DNA of 64,000 nucleotides from Phyllobates terribilis (GCF_046119375.1 NW_027362764.1:604004001-604068000), one strand, 5' to 3'; shown: positions 35,244-49,309, counted from the stretch's first letter. The notes: a model not told the origin generated them from the letters alone. Translations and numbers: made by a program.

Positions 35244-38198
35244 TATATAGGCACCTGCACATGCAATAATAAGGTGCAAGGGGGATATTAGACACCCAAT
35301 TGTACAAACATAATAGTATAATGTTTGGATTTTGGTCCTGCATGTTTAATCTTCAACAAGGGTCCAGACTGATATATGAAGAAAACAAATAACATGGTAA
35401 TGGCCTATTTTAAAAAATAAATTAAATAAAAAAATTACTTAACCATATGGCTATAATCTAAGCAAGTGAGTTATAGAGATGATGCTTTTTTCGTGTTCTT
35501 GGGGCATCAAATATATTCTTGCTTTGTCACTAGTCAGCGATGGTGTCTTAATTTGTGCTGGAGTATTTTATACAATAATGTTTATTTTTATATGCATTGT
35601 TCGGACTCTTAATACATTTTCCTATCAAATTCTTTATCTGTGCATAATATTAATTTACTGTGTGCACGACCTTGTTCTACAACCATTTTTATGTTTTTTT
35701 AAAGGAACTTTTCTTGTGTCCTTTTCGGCATATAGCCAAGAAATGAACTACTGGTAGTTATTTTATTTTATGGGAGAGACATCTACTGGTCAAATGGTGA
35801 ACTGGAACAGCCACAGTTCTTGGGTAGAAATGTCATTTACTAAGTGCTCATGTATCTGTTATCCAGGAATGTTTGCATTTTACATCTGATTGATGTGGAC
35901 CCTGCAGGAGGTATTCACATTTTCATAACCATCGTTGCATGTCTTAATTTACCATCTTAATCCAGATAAATTGAGGCGGGCTTGATGTATCACTGATGCT
36001 TCCAGTTAGTATCATTACATCACCATGTCCTTCATTAATCTGCTGGGTGTTCTGCTTTAGAGGTGCAGTGCGGGAGGAGTAATAGTCATTGGTGAATATT
36101 ATTATGCTATGCAGGCCTCGGTGACATTGTTAGTTTGCTCTTCCCTACACTTACTTAGCGTGTATACTAAGAAAGCTTCCGACATACAAGCCAACATTTC
36201 CATAGGGCTTTATTGCCTAACAGAGGCCAAAAAAAATCATTTTTTTTGCTTCCGGCTGGCCAGTATACATCAGTATATCATAATATTAAAGTATGGAATA
36301 TTATAGTAGACTGTGCTTTTCATATTGCTGGATGCAGTAAAAAACATATTTGTTAAACCAATATATATATTTTTTTTTAACATAGAAGTCTATAGATAAC
36401 GAATACAATGTCGGAGCCTCCATTTAACATGCACATCAAGAGCGTACACTTTAAACAGAGGCTTTAAAATATAGTGTGAACATAACCTTACACTTGATGT
36501 CTGATACTTGTTATACATTGTCAAAGATCACAGCCAAGGGGGTCGCGCCGAACCTTTTTGTCACAAACAGTCCTCTGCTGCCCTCTATCGTCAGGACAAT
36601 TATACAATTGACCGATGAGTAATGGAGGAGGCCACAGGCTGTTACCACTGCCAGGCCAGTTATTGAAGAACTAACAGTGAACATTAGGTATACACACCTC
36701 CGATTCCAACACATGGAATATGTGTATATACCACGGTACGGTCACTGCCAGCTCTGCAATAATGAAAGCAACTACTCGCTTAGCGGATGGAAGCAATCGG
36801 ATTGAAAAAAATGGACCAAGCCTACACGCGATATATTTTCCGGCATTGAACACAGATCATTTGCCTTGTCTTTTTATCAGCACCTACGTTACACCCACAC
36901 ACATCTCCTTGATGACTCATAACAGGGCTGGTTATGGGATGCGGCTTAAGTTTCAGAAAATGATGAGATTCCCAGCATTCACAATATTTCAACTCCTGAT
37001 GATCACAGTCTTTTGATATTGCCATCACATTTTTATTGTGATATTACCTTTTCATAGATAGCTGACAACAACCATGCCATGTTTCCTATCTGGTTACTAT
37101 TGATTTGTGGCTTATTGCATGTCTCACAGTTATGAAAAAATATGCATAATCTTTCCCCTATTAGTCCTGAAGCTGAAAATGTATGTCCCATCAATATTGG
37201 ATCTATACAAACCCCAACATTCATAACTTTCCACTGGTGCCCAAGTGTCTAGTTGCAGATGTCCAGTTTCCTCTGAAGAGAACAATAGTTACCTCTAAAG
37301 GTGTTAGAATTTCGCTTCCCTTCCTCTCAAATCTACAAATCTTAGTCTTTATGACTTCTTCCTACAATTGGTATCCTGTTTTAATTTCCTGTCCACGGCA
37401 GGGAGTCGGGGCTTGAAAAGGAGTTTTAATTAGTTTTGTCTCTTCTTAGCTACCACTAATTTCCTTTCTGCCCCGTATGTCCAATGAAGTCTATTTCATA
37501 GAGAATTTTAGATTGTAAGCTCTTTCTCCTTCTGAAGTTGACTTATGTATTTTAATTTTTTCTATGATAACATGAACACCTCGCGGGAGACAGAGCTGTC
37601 AATCAAGGAGGGGGTGCAGAAATATAGGTATAACAAGTAGGTGGGAAGGTGCGCAGAACCACTGGGCCACGCTAAGGGTGCGCCATGCATCTCATTAGAC
37701 TATTATAATAAAGAAAAATTTCAGACAAACTCAGCTGTGGCTTAAGCCACCAAGGGTACAGTTCTTAGTAGGGCTGTGTGTCTTATAAGGGACACTGCAT
37801 AGTTTGGACACTTGTTTTGTGCTGACAGACTTCCTTTAAATGGGGAAGTACTTTTGTAACTAGAACAAAATGTTTCTCAGCAATTATGGGAAATTGTGCT
37901 ATCACGTTGATTAGATTGTGAAAATAAATGTTATGCAAGAGGAAAACGTGACTAGGTTGTCAACCAGATAAAATACAGTTTTCATTTATGCTTTATGCAA
38001 TCCTTCCAGATGTTGTATAGGATTAGAAAAGGAAACTAGTGACATTTGTCCATCTGCCTGGTATACTCTTATGAATGGAGCTGAGCTGTAATACCTTACA
38101 CAACCTGTGGAGCGGTCTCTGGAAGAAGAAAAAAGGAAAAATTTTCTTCAAATTTTAGATGACATGGTTAATCTTTTGTTGACAAAGACAATATGTAA

Positions 38199-38900
38199 GG
38201 CTGTGTGCCCACGTAGCGTTTTTCAAGCGTATATGCTGCGGAATTTCCGCAGCGTAAACGCTTGAAAAACGCATGTATATCCGCACCCCATGGTCCCCAA
38301 TGGCATTCCGCAATGTCAATGCCCATGCTGCGGATTTTTCCGCAGCGTATATGCTGCGGTCAAAAATCCGCAGCATGTTCATTAATTTTGCGGAAGCGCA
38401 GCGGAATCAATGTGCGGATGGTACCCAAGTCTGGAGGAGAGGAGACTCTCCTCCAGACCTGGGTACCAAAGAACCTGTAAAAAAAAGAATAAAACAAAGT
38501 TTATACTTATCTTCTGATGTTTTCCCTCCGTCGCGCTGTTGTCTGAAGGACCTGCCACGTCATTGAGTCATGTGACCCACCACATGACTCAATGATGTCA
38601 CCGCAGGTCCTGCACACAACAGCGTGAGCCGCTCAAGCCTCCGGACGGGGCAGAGAATGCATCAGAAGGTGAGTATAAAGTTTATTTTTTTATTTTTTAC
38701 CATTCTGAACAAGTTGTCAAGCACTTTTCCAAGTGATGCTTGGAGAAGTGCTTGATAACCCGCATGCGGAAATGCATGCAAAGACGCCTCATAAACGCTT
38801 CTACCTGGCGGGAAAACCGCATGTAATATCCGCATGCGATTTTCCCGCCAGGGAGAAGCGTAAAAAATATGCTTCAGGTCCGCAACGTGGGCACATAGCC
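38199..38900. mobile_element. Harbinger-like MITE
   Basis: TAA|GGCTGTGTGCCCACG ... CGTGGGCACATAGCC|TAA. A related truncated copy lies at 56354-57065. Confidence 0.88.
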
Positions 38901-38961
38901 TAATACCTCTTGATTTTAGCTACGGCAAACGTTTAGAGTTTAGATCTTGGTACCATATTAA

Positions 38962-39620
38962 GGCTGTGTTCACACATTGCGCATTTCCCTGCGTTTTTTT
39001 AAGCGCACGTATTTTACTGCTTTTTTTACCTGCGTTTTTTTACCCAGGTAAAAAAAGCACCTCCATTCACACACTGCGTTTTTTTACGGAGGTGCAGGAG
39101 AAATGAAGTGTGATGAGCATGGACACCTGTATGTAATGTAATGGTATGTGTCTGTATGTAATGTAATGGTATGTGTCTGTATGTAATGTAATGGTATGTG
39201 TCTGTATGTAATGTAATGTATGTGTCTGTGTGTCGTGTGTGTACTGTTGTGTCTGTGTGTCCTGTGTGTTCTTTCTGTGTCTGTGTCGTGTGTGTGAGTG
39301 TCCCCTTAGCAGTGTATGTACAGACAGCATCTGGCTGCAGTACATACACTGCTAAGTTATTAAAATAAAAAAACTATGGATACTCACCTATCCGATGGAT
39401 GGGAGAGGCGTCCACTCCGGTCCCGCGGTTTTCAGCATCTGCCGGTGAAGCTGTCAGCTGACCGGCTTGTAAATCAGCTGACCGGCCGGTTACAAGCCGG
39501 TTAGCTAACAGCTGATCGCTTCACCGGCAGATTCTGGAAGCGCAGGACCGGACCGGACGCCTCTCCCATCCATCGGATAGGTGAGTATCCATAGTTTGTC
39601 CTGCGCCTCCGTAAAAAAGC
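38962..39620. mobile_element. Harbinger-like MITE, right end missing, with a 25-bp minisatellite and a 220-bp palindrome
   Basis: TAA|GGCTGTGTTCACAC start. (TGTATGTAATGTAATGGTATGTGTC)n at ~39128-39225. Palindrome ggatactcacctatccgatgg...ccatcggataggtgagtatcc at ~39378-39590. Confidence 0.65.
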
Positions 39621-40538
39621 GCTGGAATTACGCATATTTTTAGTGTTTTTTTTTTGGGGGGGGAATATTATGTTCTACTGCATGAGTTGCATTATGACAC
39701 CCATCTTTGTAGAATGCTGAGTTGCATTTTGACAGTGTGCCAAATGTTTACTTTCAGAAATGTAGAGATACAGAGGTATGGTATGATTTTATTTTATAAT
39801 TTTAGGTTTTATTTGTCAGAAAGTAGTCATTGCAAAAATATTAGTAGTGTTATCCATTCTGATCAGACATCTCTCCTTGTTTTGGGCTTTGATGCCATTT
39901 CTATTCGTATGAAACAGTACAAATTCTAAATAAATGGTTTTATTGAACTGTGATGCAAGATTCCGGTGCTGCATACGTTACACGTTTTTGGCTGCTGCGA
40001 TACATTTCATTTATAGAATGTGGCAGAAAGCCGTGAACATTTCCAGGGACTGCTTTTCTGAGTAAACCACAACTGCCAATCACAGCAAAAACCTGGGACG
40101 CTGATCAGATTTCTTTTATTATACAATGAAAAAATATCTGAACCATCAAATCCACTCAAAGCAAAGCACAAAACAAATATCAGCACAATCCTCGCAGCAC
40201 AAATTGATGTAGATCTTTGAGCCAACTTTAACTGCAAAATCCCCAGTGATGGCGAAGTCTGCAGCCCAGAATAGCAGTCTGCAGCCGTAATATTGCTGTA
40301 AAAAATCTATGATCCCCAACGGAAATGGGGTGATTATGGCTGCATTTTCTGAAACATATTCATAGTAGGTGATGACATTCAGTTTTTAGTAAGTCTGTAC
40401 TCTCCCCAAGCAACTTTACATTTAGTAGCTTTATCAGATAACATAATATAATAATTTTAATTATTCTTAATTGCTTTGCAACTTCCCCCCTCATTTAAAG
40501 TGTGAACCAACACTAAATCCAGGCATTTCTCTGTTTAA

Positions 40539-40850
40539 ATGGAAACTGTCAGCAGGTTCTTGCTATGTAGTCTGAAGACAGCAGGAGACAGAGGGTGAAA
40601 CACAGGGTTGTCAGTTGTAAAAGTGCCGGACTAGTCCGGCAACTAAGTGCCTCGCGGTCTATGGACATTGTACTCAGAGTCTGGTGTGGGCGGGGTTAGC
40701 TTTCTCAGCTCTGCTTCATTCTTAATCTAAAAACTCTGTCAGAACGGCTGTGCCCAGTAATCTAAGTGATACATCAATGGATTTAGCTTCTCTTTGCCTA
40801 CATCAGGCTGCTCTCAGATGAGGTAGCAAAAACTTGCTTACACATTCCCT
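40539..40850. mobile_element. T2-like MITE
   Basis: TTAA|ATGGAAACTGTCAGCAGG ... CACATTCCCT|TTAA. Confidence 0.7.
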
Positions 40851-41040
40851 TTAAGTGCTACTGGCCTTGAAAGACACTATGAAATATTCACTCAGCGCAT
40901 GCGTTTATTGGTGACTTGGTACACAATAAACTACTGTCTGTGCTCAAGATAAGGAATGTACACACCTTCATGACTTATGGGGAAGCTAACATCAGAAAAT
41001 GACCTATTGTTTAAATCAAGTTTTTGTGTTGCATATACTT

Positions 41041-44000
41041 TAATAATAATAATAATTTTTATTTTTATAGCGCCAGCATATTCCACAGCACTTTACAAAT
41101 TTTAGGGGGGACTTATACAGACAATACAGAATAAGCATATCTCATATCGAAAGGAGTGAGGGCCCTGCTTGCAAGCTTACAGTCTATGAGAAATGGGGGA
41201 GACACAAAAGGTAGAATGTACATATATTGTATAATGCAGCCTTGATATACTAAATAGGATAAATAATACATGGACTGGTCGCCTGCCAGTATGTGTGCAG
41301 TCCTGACCGAGGCTATTAAGTGCATGGTTGGTATGAACCTGAAATTGAAGAAGATTTTAATATGGGGGAAAACTGGGACAGACAGATAGTGTGTGGAGGT
41401 GATACGCCAGTCTAAAGAAATGGGTTTTTAGGGTCAGCTTGAAACTGTGGGTATTGGGAATTAATCTAACTGTCCTGGGTAGTGCATTCCAAAGAATTGG
41501 CGCAGCACGCAAGAAATCTTGGAGATGGGAGTGGGAAGTTCGGATTATGGAGGATTTTAGTTTTAAGTCATTGGCAGAACGGACGGCACGTGTAGGGTGG
41601 TAGACTAAGACAAGGGAGGAGATGTAGGGGGGTACTGAAGCATGGAGCGCTTTGTGGGTAAGCGTGATAAGTTTAAATTGAACTCTATATTGGATGGGCA
41701 ACCAATGCAATAACTGGCACAGGGAAGAGGCATCGGTGTAGTGGTTGGCGAGGAATATGATCCTGGCTGCTGCGTTAAGGACGAATTGGAGAGGGGAGAG
41801 TTTAGTAAGAGGGAGCCCGATAAGTAGAGAGTTGCAGTAGTCCAGATAAGAATGAATAAGAGCTACAGTAAGAGTTTTTGCTGAGTCAAAGGTGAGAAAT
41901 GTCCTGATTCTTGAGATGTTTTTGAGGTGTAGATGACATGAACGAGCGAGTGATTTGATGTGAAGAGTGAAGGAAAGATCTGAATCAAAAATGACCCCAA
42001 GACAGCGGGCTTGTTGCTGGGGAGTAATGGTTGAGCTACAAACGGAAATGGCAATATCGGGCACAGGTAGGTTAGTGGAGGGAGGAAATACGAGTAGTTC
42101 AGTTTTTGACAGATTCAGTTTTAGACAGAGGGAGGACATAGTGTTAGACACAACAGAAAGACAATCACTGGTCTTTTGTAGTAATGCGGGGGTGATGTCC
42201 GGAGCAGAGGTGTATAATTGGGTGTCATCAGCATAGAGATGGTACTGAAAACCGAATCTGCTGATTGTTTTTCCAATGGGAGCGGTGTATAAGGAGAAAA
42301 GAAGGGGGCCTAGGACTGATCCTTGAGGAACCTCGACAGTAAGGGGAAGGAGAGAGGAGGAGGAGCCGGCGAAAGACACAGAGAAGGAGCGGTCAGAGAG
42401 ATAGGAGGAGAACCAGTAGAGAACAGTGTCCTTGAGGCCAATAGTGCGGAGCATAGTGAGGAGGAGCTGGAGATCCACAGTGTCGAATGCTGCAGAGAGA
42501 TCCAGGAGAATCAGCAGGGAGTAGTGACCATTAGATTTAGCTGTTAGTAGATCATTAGAGACTTTAGTGAGGGCAGTTTCAGTAGAATGTAAAGAGCGGA
42601 AACCAGATTGTAAAGGGTCAAGAAGAGAGTTGTCTGAGAGATAGCGGATTAGACGGAATGGACCAGGCGTTCCAGAAGTTTAGAGATAAAGGGAAGATTG
42701 GAAACAGGTCTGTAGTTGGCCGTGCAGTTCTGGTCAAGGGATGTTTTTTTTAAGTAATGGATGTATGCTGGCATGTTTAAAAGAAGAGGGAAAGATACCA
42801 GATGAGAGGGAGAGGTTGAAAATTTTAGTTAGGTGAGTGGTGACAGCTGGAACAAGGGACTGAAGGAGATGTGAGTGAATAGGGTCACTGGTGCAAGTGG
42901 TAGGGCGAGAAGATGCAAGGAGCCCGATCACTTCATCTTCCGTGACTGGTTCGAAGTCAGAAAGTGAGCAAGATACAATGTGGCGGGGGAGAGTATGCAT
43001 AACGTTTGGGGATAGGGAGAAAATTTCCCGTCGGATATGGTCAATTTTTTCTTTGAAATAATTGGCCAGATCGTCAGCACTGAGGTCTGTGATCAGGGCC
43101 TGTGCTGCTTGATTGAGGAGAGAATGAAACGTGTCAAAGAGTCGTTTAGGATTATTGGAAAGTGAGATGATGAGGTTGTTAAAGTAGGTTTGTTTGGAGA
43201 GGTGAAGCGCAGAGTTATATGTTTTCAGCATAAAGTTATAATGGAGGAAATCTTCGGGCAGATTAGATTTTCTCCACAGCCTTTCAGCGCACCTGGAGCA
43301 CCGCTGGAGAAGACGTGTTTGAGGCGTGTGCCAGGGTTGTCGCAATCTATGCCAAAATTGTTCTTTGTGTAGGAGGTGCGGCTTCATCCAGGGCGCATAG
43401 CATTATTTCGTTATAATGCTTCAATGCAGAGTCGGGACATGAGAGGGAGGAGTTTGGGGCAAATGATTGCAACTTTTTCAGACATTTCTGAGTGTTAATG
43501 GCGCATATTTTCTATAAGTGTGGAAAGTGGGAGTGTCTTGAGTAGCCTCACAGTTCTTGACAAAGAATGAAAGAAGATTATGGTCATAGAGTGGAAGGGG
43601 AGAGTTAGTAAAGTCATGTACTGAGCAAAGCCGGGAGAAGATCAGGACCAATGTGTTCCCGTCTTCATGTGTAGGAGAATTAGCAAGCTGTGAAAGGCCG
43701 AAGGAGGAGGTTAGTGATAAAAGATGAGCGGCAGATGGGGAAAGAGAAACGCCAATTGGGATGTTAAAATCTCCCATGATTATCGTGGGGATGTCGCAGG
43801 ATAGAAAATTTGGAAGCCAAGCAGCAAAGTGATCCAGGAACTGACGGGAGGGACTTGGAGGGCGATAGACAACCGCCACTCGCAGGGAGAAGGGCCGGTA
43901 GAGTCTGACTGTGCGGGCCTCAAAAGAAGGGAAGATAAGGGAGGGTACTGGGGGGATAACCTGAAAAGTACATTTTGTTGAAAGAAGCAGACCAACACCT

Positions 44001-44600
44001 CCACCTGATCTGTTGTCAGGTCTCGGAGTATGAGAGAAGTGTAGGCCACCATAGGAGAGAGCTGCAGCGGCGGTGGTGTCTGACTGCTGGATCCAGGTTT
44101 CAGTGAGAGCCAGAAGGTTGAGGGAATTAGAGAGGAAAAAGTCATGGATGTAAGAGAGTTTATTACATGCTGAGCGCGCATTCCAAAGGGCACAGTTGAA
44201 TGAGACCGAAGATATGCAGGGAATATTAATGAGATTAGCTGGGTTTCTGAATGTAACAGGGAAAGAATTAGTGTTATTATTTCTGGAGGGTCCTGGATTA
44301 GGAGAAATATCACCTCCGACTAAGAGAAGGAAGATACAGAAAGTGAGCAGATAGTTGAGTGATTTGTGAGAGCCTTTCCAGTGTTGTATGGTGGGAATGA
44401 ATGGATCTGTGTGGTATAACATTGTGAAGAGAGCATGACAGCTGTACATAGGAGAAGAGAGGAGAGAGGGTTTAGTATGGACGAAGTGTGCCGAATTTGT
44501 GGGAGAACGGTGAATGTGGATGATTGTAGCAGCCAGAACGTAAATGGCACAAATACAAATGGTGAATACTGTTTGCAAAACAGATGACCTGGAAGCAAGT
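41041..44600 (-). mobile_element. L2-clade LINE with nearly complete but disrupted ORF2
   Basis: APE motifs (WNARS, LTETW, YRPP, MGDFN, DHNL) in 43478-44611 and RT motifs ([15 protein letters not shown]) in 41357-42478. 3' end gcgctata...(TTA)n. Frameshifts and stops between the ORF pieces. Confidence 0.93.
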
Positions 44601-44740
44601 TTGTACTGCACTGTGCAGAAGTTTTAGGCAGGCATAGAAAAATGCTGCAAAGTAAGAATACTTTAAAAAACAGAAATTTTTAGTTTATTTTTTTAATCAA
44701 CTAACAAAATTCAAAATGAACAAACGAAATACTGATTTAA

Positions 44741-46022
44741 CCCCTTACTTACCGGGGACGTATTAGTACGCATATTTGCGATCCCCCCGTTCAGTGAGGG
44801 CTGCTGCGCTGAGCCCTCACTGAACGGAGCACAGGTCAGCTGATTCTTACAGCTGACATGTGCCCGCAACAGCCGCGGGTGGAATCGCGATCCACCCGCG
44901 GCTGTTAACATGTTAAATGCTGCTGTCAATCTCCGACAGCAGCATTTAACGCGCGCTTCCGGGTAGCGCATCATAAGCCCCGCCCACCGGCGACCCCGTC
45001 ACGTGATCGCGGGTCGCCGATGGGCGTGCATGACAACCCAGGGTCTGCAGCAGACGCCTGTGGTTGTCATGATCTTGTCGCTATGAGCGCCACCTAGTGG
45101 TCGGCGCTCATAGCACAGGACCATTTCTGCTGTATGCAGGGGACCTGCTCGTCCCCTGTATGTAGCAGAGGCGATCGGATAGTTGCTGCTTATAGTCTCC
45201 TATGGAGACTATAGAAGCATGCAAAAAGTAAAAAAAAAAAGTTTTTTAAAATATAAAAAAAATACAAAAATATAAAAGTTTAAATCACCCCCCTTTCGCC
45301 CCATTCAAAATAAAATATATATATAAAAAAAAACCCACATACACATATTTGGTATCGCCACATTCAGAATCGCCAGATCTATCAATATAAAAAAAGAATT
45401 AATCCGATCGGTAAACGGCGTAACGAGAAAAAAATTCTAAACGCCAGAATTACGTTTTTTGGTCGCCGCAAAATTGCAATAAAACGCAATAACGGGCGAT
45501 CAAAACATCGGATCTACCCCAAATGTTATCAATAAAAACGTCAGCCCGGCGCGCAAAAAATAAGCCATCAACCAGCCCCAGATCACGAAAAATGGAGACG
45601 CTACGGGTCTTAGAAAATGGCGCTATTTTTTTATTTTTTTTTTTACCAAATTTTGGAATTTTTTTTCACCACTTAAATATAAAAGAACCTATACATGTTT
45701 GGTGTCTATTAACTCGTAATGACCTGTAGAATAAGAAGGGCAGGTCAGTTTTAGCATTCAGTGAACGTGGTAAAAAAAATAAATAAAAAACAACTGTGGT
45801 ATTGCACTTTTTTTGCAATTTTACCGCACTTGGAATTTTTTTCCCGTTTTCCCGTACAGGATATGGTAAAACTAGTAATGGCGTTGAAAAGTACAACTCG
45901 TCCCGCAAAAAATAAGCCCTTACATGGCCATATTGACCAAAAAATAAAAACGCTATGGCTCTGGGAACAAGGGGAGCAAAAACGAAAATGCAAAAGCGAA
46001 AAATGCTCCGGGGCTTAAGGGG
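44741..46022. mobile_element. piggyBac-like non-autonomous element
   Basis: TTAA|CCCCTTA ... TAAGGGG|TTAA, 1.28 kb, no coding capacity. Confidence 0.85.
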
Positions 46023-47101
46023 TTAAATTTCTTTTTTTGATCATCCTTTGCGTTCAAAACCACATCTGTTCTTCTAGGTATACTTGTACAGATTCAGGGA
46101 TTTTGTAGAATTATAGTCAGGTGTATGAGTAACCAATTATACCAAGCAGGTGATAATGATCATCCTTTTCATATGTAGGTTGAAATGCTCATCTGAAACA
46201 GAAACAGCCATGTAGGAGGCTTAAAACTGGGTGAATATTAGCCAAATTCTGCTACAAAGGGGAGGTTGTTTTAAGACCGTTTAAGGTCACAGGTTATGCA
46301 TTCGCCATAGCAAGATTGATTTCAGCAACAAGACACAAGTTAGTTGAACTGCACCAGCAAGGTTTCTCCCTGGAAAAGATTTCAAAGCAGACTGGGGTTT
46401 AATGATATGCTGTTGCAGCTCTTTTGAAGAAGCACTAATTAATGGACAATGTTGAGGACCATAGATAGTGTGGTCGGCCAAGGAAACTTAGTGCAGCACA
46501 TGAAAAACGCATCATGATTACTTCTTTTCTAAATCTGAAGATTCTCAGCAGTGGCATGAGCTCAGAACTAGGAACAACAAGTGGGCCCCAGCTATACCCA
46601 TCTGCTGTACAGAGAAGTCTGGCTAGAAGTGGTCTTCATGGAAGAATTGTGGCCAAAGAGTCATGCCGTCGACATGGAAGCAAGGCCAACTGACTCAACT
46701 ATGCATGAAAACATAGGAAATGGGGCACGTGTTCTGGACTGATGAGTCAAAATTTTAAATATTTTGCAGCAGAAGACAGTATATTTCTCGGAGGGCTGGA
46801 CAGCGATACAAAAGTGAAGGCAAAAGTGAACCATGGTGGAGGTTCCTTCAGTGTAAGAAGATCAAGAAGTCCTGAAAGTGTTGAAATAAATGGCCCTGAA
46901 CTCAATATAATTTAAATTGTCTGGGATTACATGAAGAGATAGAAGGATTTGTGCAAGCCTACAAACGCAGAAGATCTGTAGTTAGTTCTCCTAGATGTTT
47001 GGAACAACCTCCCTGCCGTGTTCCTTCAAAAACTGTGTTTAAGTGTACCTCGCAGGATTGATGCTATTTTGAAAGCAAGGGATGGTTACACTAGATATTA
47101 A

Positions 47102-47526
47102 AGACGCACTCATATTAACATTTTTATCCTCTTAATCTATTGCAGTCATCATGTTATATGGCACTGTGTACTTACAATTGCTCATTTTGTCCTTCTACCC
47201 AGTAATTTTTTTTCCCATTAGGTCTATGACATCACGTAATTAAAAACAGACTTGCTGAATCCTTCTAACCTCTATGTGAAAACAGGAGGTCTATATTTCC
47301 TGTATGAATCATCATTGCAAAAGGAAGAACAGAGCAGCTGGGTCAGGTGTTGAACAGGGGGATGTCTCATGCAGGGAAAAGAGACTTCCTGATTCTACAT
47401 AGAGCACAGAAAAGAAAAGAACTAACTGGGTAGAAGGGCAAAATGAGCAATTGTAAGTACAGAGGGCTATATAATATGATGACTGCTAATTATTTAGCTG
47501 ATAAAAATTTTGATGGGAATGCTTTT
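47102..47526. mobile_element. T2-like palindromic MITE
   Basis: TTAA on both flanks and inverted arms (tacttacaattgctcattttgtccttctac / gtagaagggcaaaatgagcaattgtaagta). Confidence 0.7.
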
Positions 47527-47576
47527 TTAATTTGATTTAGATTTCTCTTTTGTTCTTTGACTTTGCATTTTGTTAA

Positions 47577-48031
47577 AGAAGTTGACCACTACTTTATATG
47601 AACACCCCAATGTATCCCCCCGGGGCCCAGAAGTGTTTTTGTAAATACCTTGCGATACCTTTTCTGCATCTGAGCGGCGCTATCACTGGCTGATCAGAGG
47701 CATCACGTGACCCCGCGACTGATGTCACGTCAAGTGAGGCGTGACATCAGTGACGCGCTCCCCGTGTGGACGCTGGGCTGTGGGTGGGGTTACCCCGTGC
47801 GTCACACCCAGCATCCACCACGCTCTTTCCCAGTGAATGAGGAGAGGGAGAGCACTCGGTGGATGCCGGGTGTGACACGCGGGGTATCTCCACCCACAAC
47901 CCAGCAGCCACCGGTGGAACGCGGAAGAGAGACCCTCGGCTGCAGCCTGGACTTGTCTTGACATCAGCGGATGTCAGAGCCGGCTGCAGCCGGGGGTTAC
48001 GTGATGCCTGTGAGCAGGCAGTGATAGCCCT
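47577..48031. mobile_element. T2-like MITE (10735 family) with right arm deleted
   Basis: TTAA|AGAAGTTGACCACTAC start and the same GC-rich core. Ends GCCCT|TTAA. Confidence 0.8.
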
Positions 48032-48451
48032 TTAATAGATAATAGTTTATTTTTTACACTTCTAATTTTTTATTACTTTGCTGCACTTTTTGGCAGGCTC
48101 CCAATGACACTTCTATACTCAGCTGATAACACAGGATCCACCATTCACAATAGGTGATGTCACAGATGACCCTGCGCTCAGACCCATCACAGTGACCTTT
48201 ACTCATACTCATTAACTGCTTAAATTCACTGCTGAGTTTGTTCTTTGTGGCTAATGTACATAAGTTGTTTCCTGTGAAAAAAAAATCTTGGAAATTTCAT
48301 ACTAGCCACCTATGGGTTTTTTTTAACCCTAAAAGTTCCAGTGGTCAGTGTGAAAATTGCTCTTTTATTTTAAATACAGATTTGGATCTACGAAAAAAAA
48401 CATTGGCAAAATATTTTAAAAATATATATTTAACAATAAAAACAGAGTTAA

Positions 48452-48587
48452 AGGGAACCAGTCAGCTGATACATGCTTCCCGCTGCAGTGTTTCAGGGAC
48501 AAACCTATATGGCTGTGATCACACAGACAGTGGGGTGATGCATGCTGCCCACAGTTTGGGCAGCATGTATCTGCTGATCGGTTCCAT
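48452..48587. mobile_element. Short T2-like MITE (3737 family)
   Basis: TTAA|AGGGAACCAGTCAGC ... GCTGATCGGTTCCAT|TTAA. Confidence 0.75.
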
Positions 48588-49309
48588 TTAAACAGTAGGT
48601 AATTATCTGTTAATAGCTTCCCTTTAAGTACGGGTCCTCATATAAACTCCAACAGGTTGTAATTTTGAAGCCAAACGAGAAATGGTCCCACTTTTATTTC
48701 CAAACACACTTAATTAAAGCCGACTCTTGCTCTCCATCTGTGTATTTATATTGGCACCTGTTGGATTTCAGAAGTGTGGGAGTCTCGAATGATTCTTACA
48801 GCTCAGCAAGAAACTGCTTTCTGCAGTGGCAAAAGGGAAATCCGGTGATGTCACAACTGAATATCATTAGCTTTTCTAGCTTAAAACCTGCCTTTCTTTG
48901 ATGATAATGTATTGTTCAGCCTGGGTAGACTAACAATACTCTTCCATTCTATTCTTGGGTTTTACGGTCTGTGCATTCAGTATGGAGATTACATATCGCT
49001 CAGTACAGTGATTTTGAACTTGCTTTACATAAGAGGAAAGGTTGCTGGATTTGTTTAGTGCATCAATATATCTGACCATGCAGTGAAGGAAAGTATAAAG
49101 ACTAAAGCTGGAAATTAACAATGGTGCAAGACGGTAAGAAATAACCAAGTGTTTTACAAGACAGATGGCGGCTATTACACTACCTTATTGCAATATAGAG
49201 GATAAGATGTGAATTCATTCTACAAAGGCTTATCAATATTGACAATACAAACTATATTATTGAGGTCTCATGGACATTACTGTTTCATAGCTGTGAGCAA
49301 CGTCTAAAT

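Larger units (their letters stand above)
44606..48110 (+). mobile_element. Old Tc1-like element fragmented by three MITE insertions
   Basis: Left end TA|CTGCACTGTGCAGAAGTTTTAGGCAGG. Decayed transposase at ~46300-47090 (SGRPRKLSAA-like and HGGGS-like segments). Right-end remnant near 48080-48110. Confidence 0.65.

Noticed and set aside
36540-37030. Cluster of short Cys-containing ORFs in unassigned sequence
   Set aside because: No consistent frame, splice sites or TE motifs that I can identify.
39026-39349. THTITLH-repeat ORFs
   Set aside because: Translation of the 25-bp minisatellite and TG repeats.
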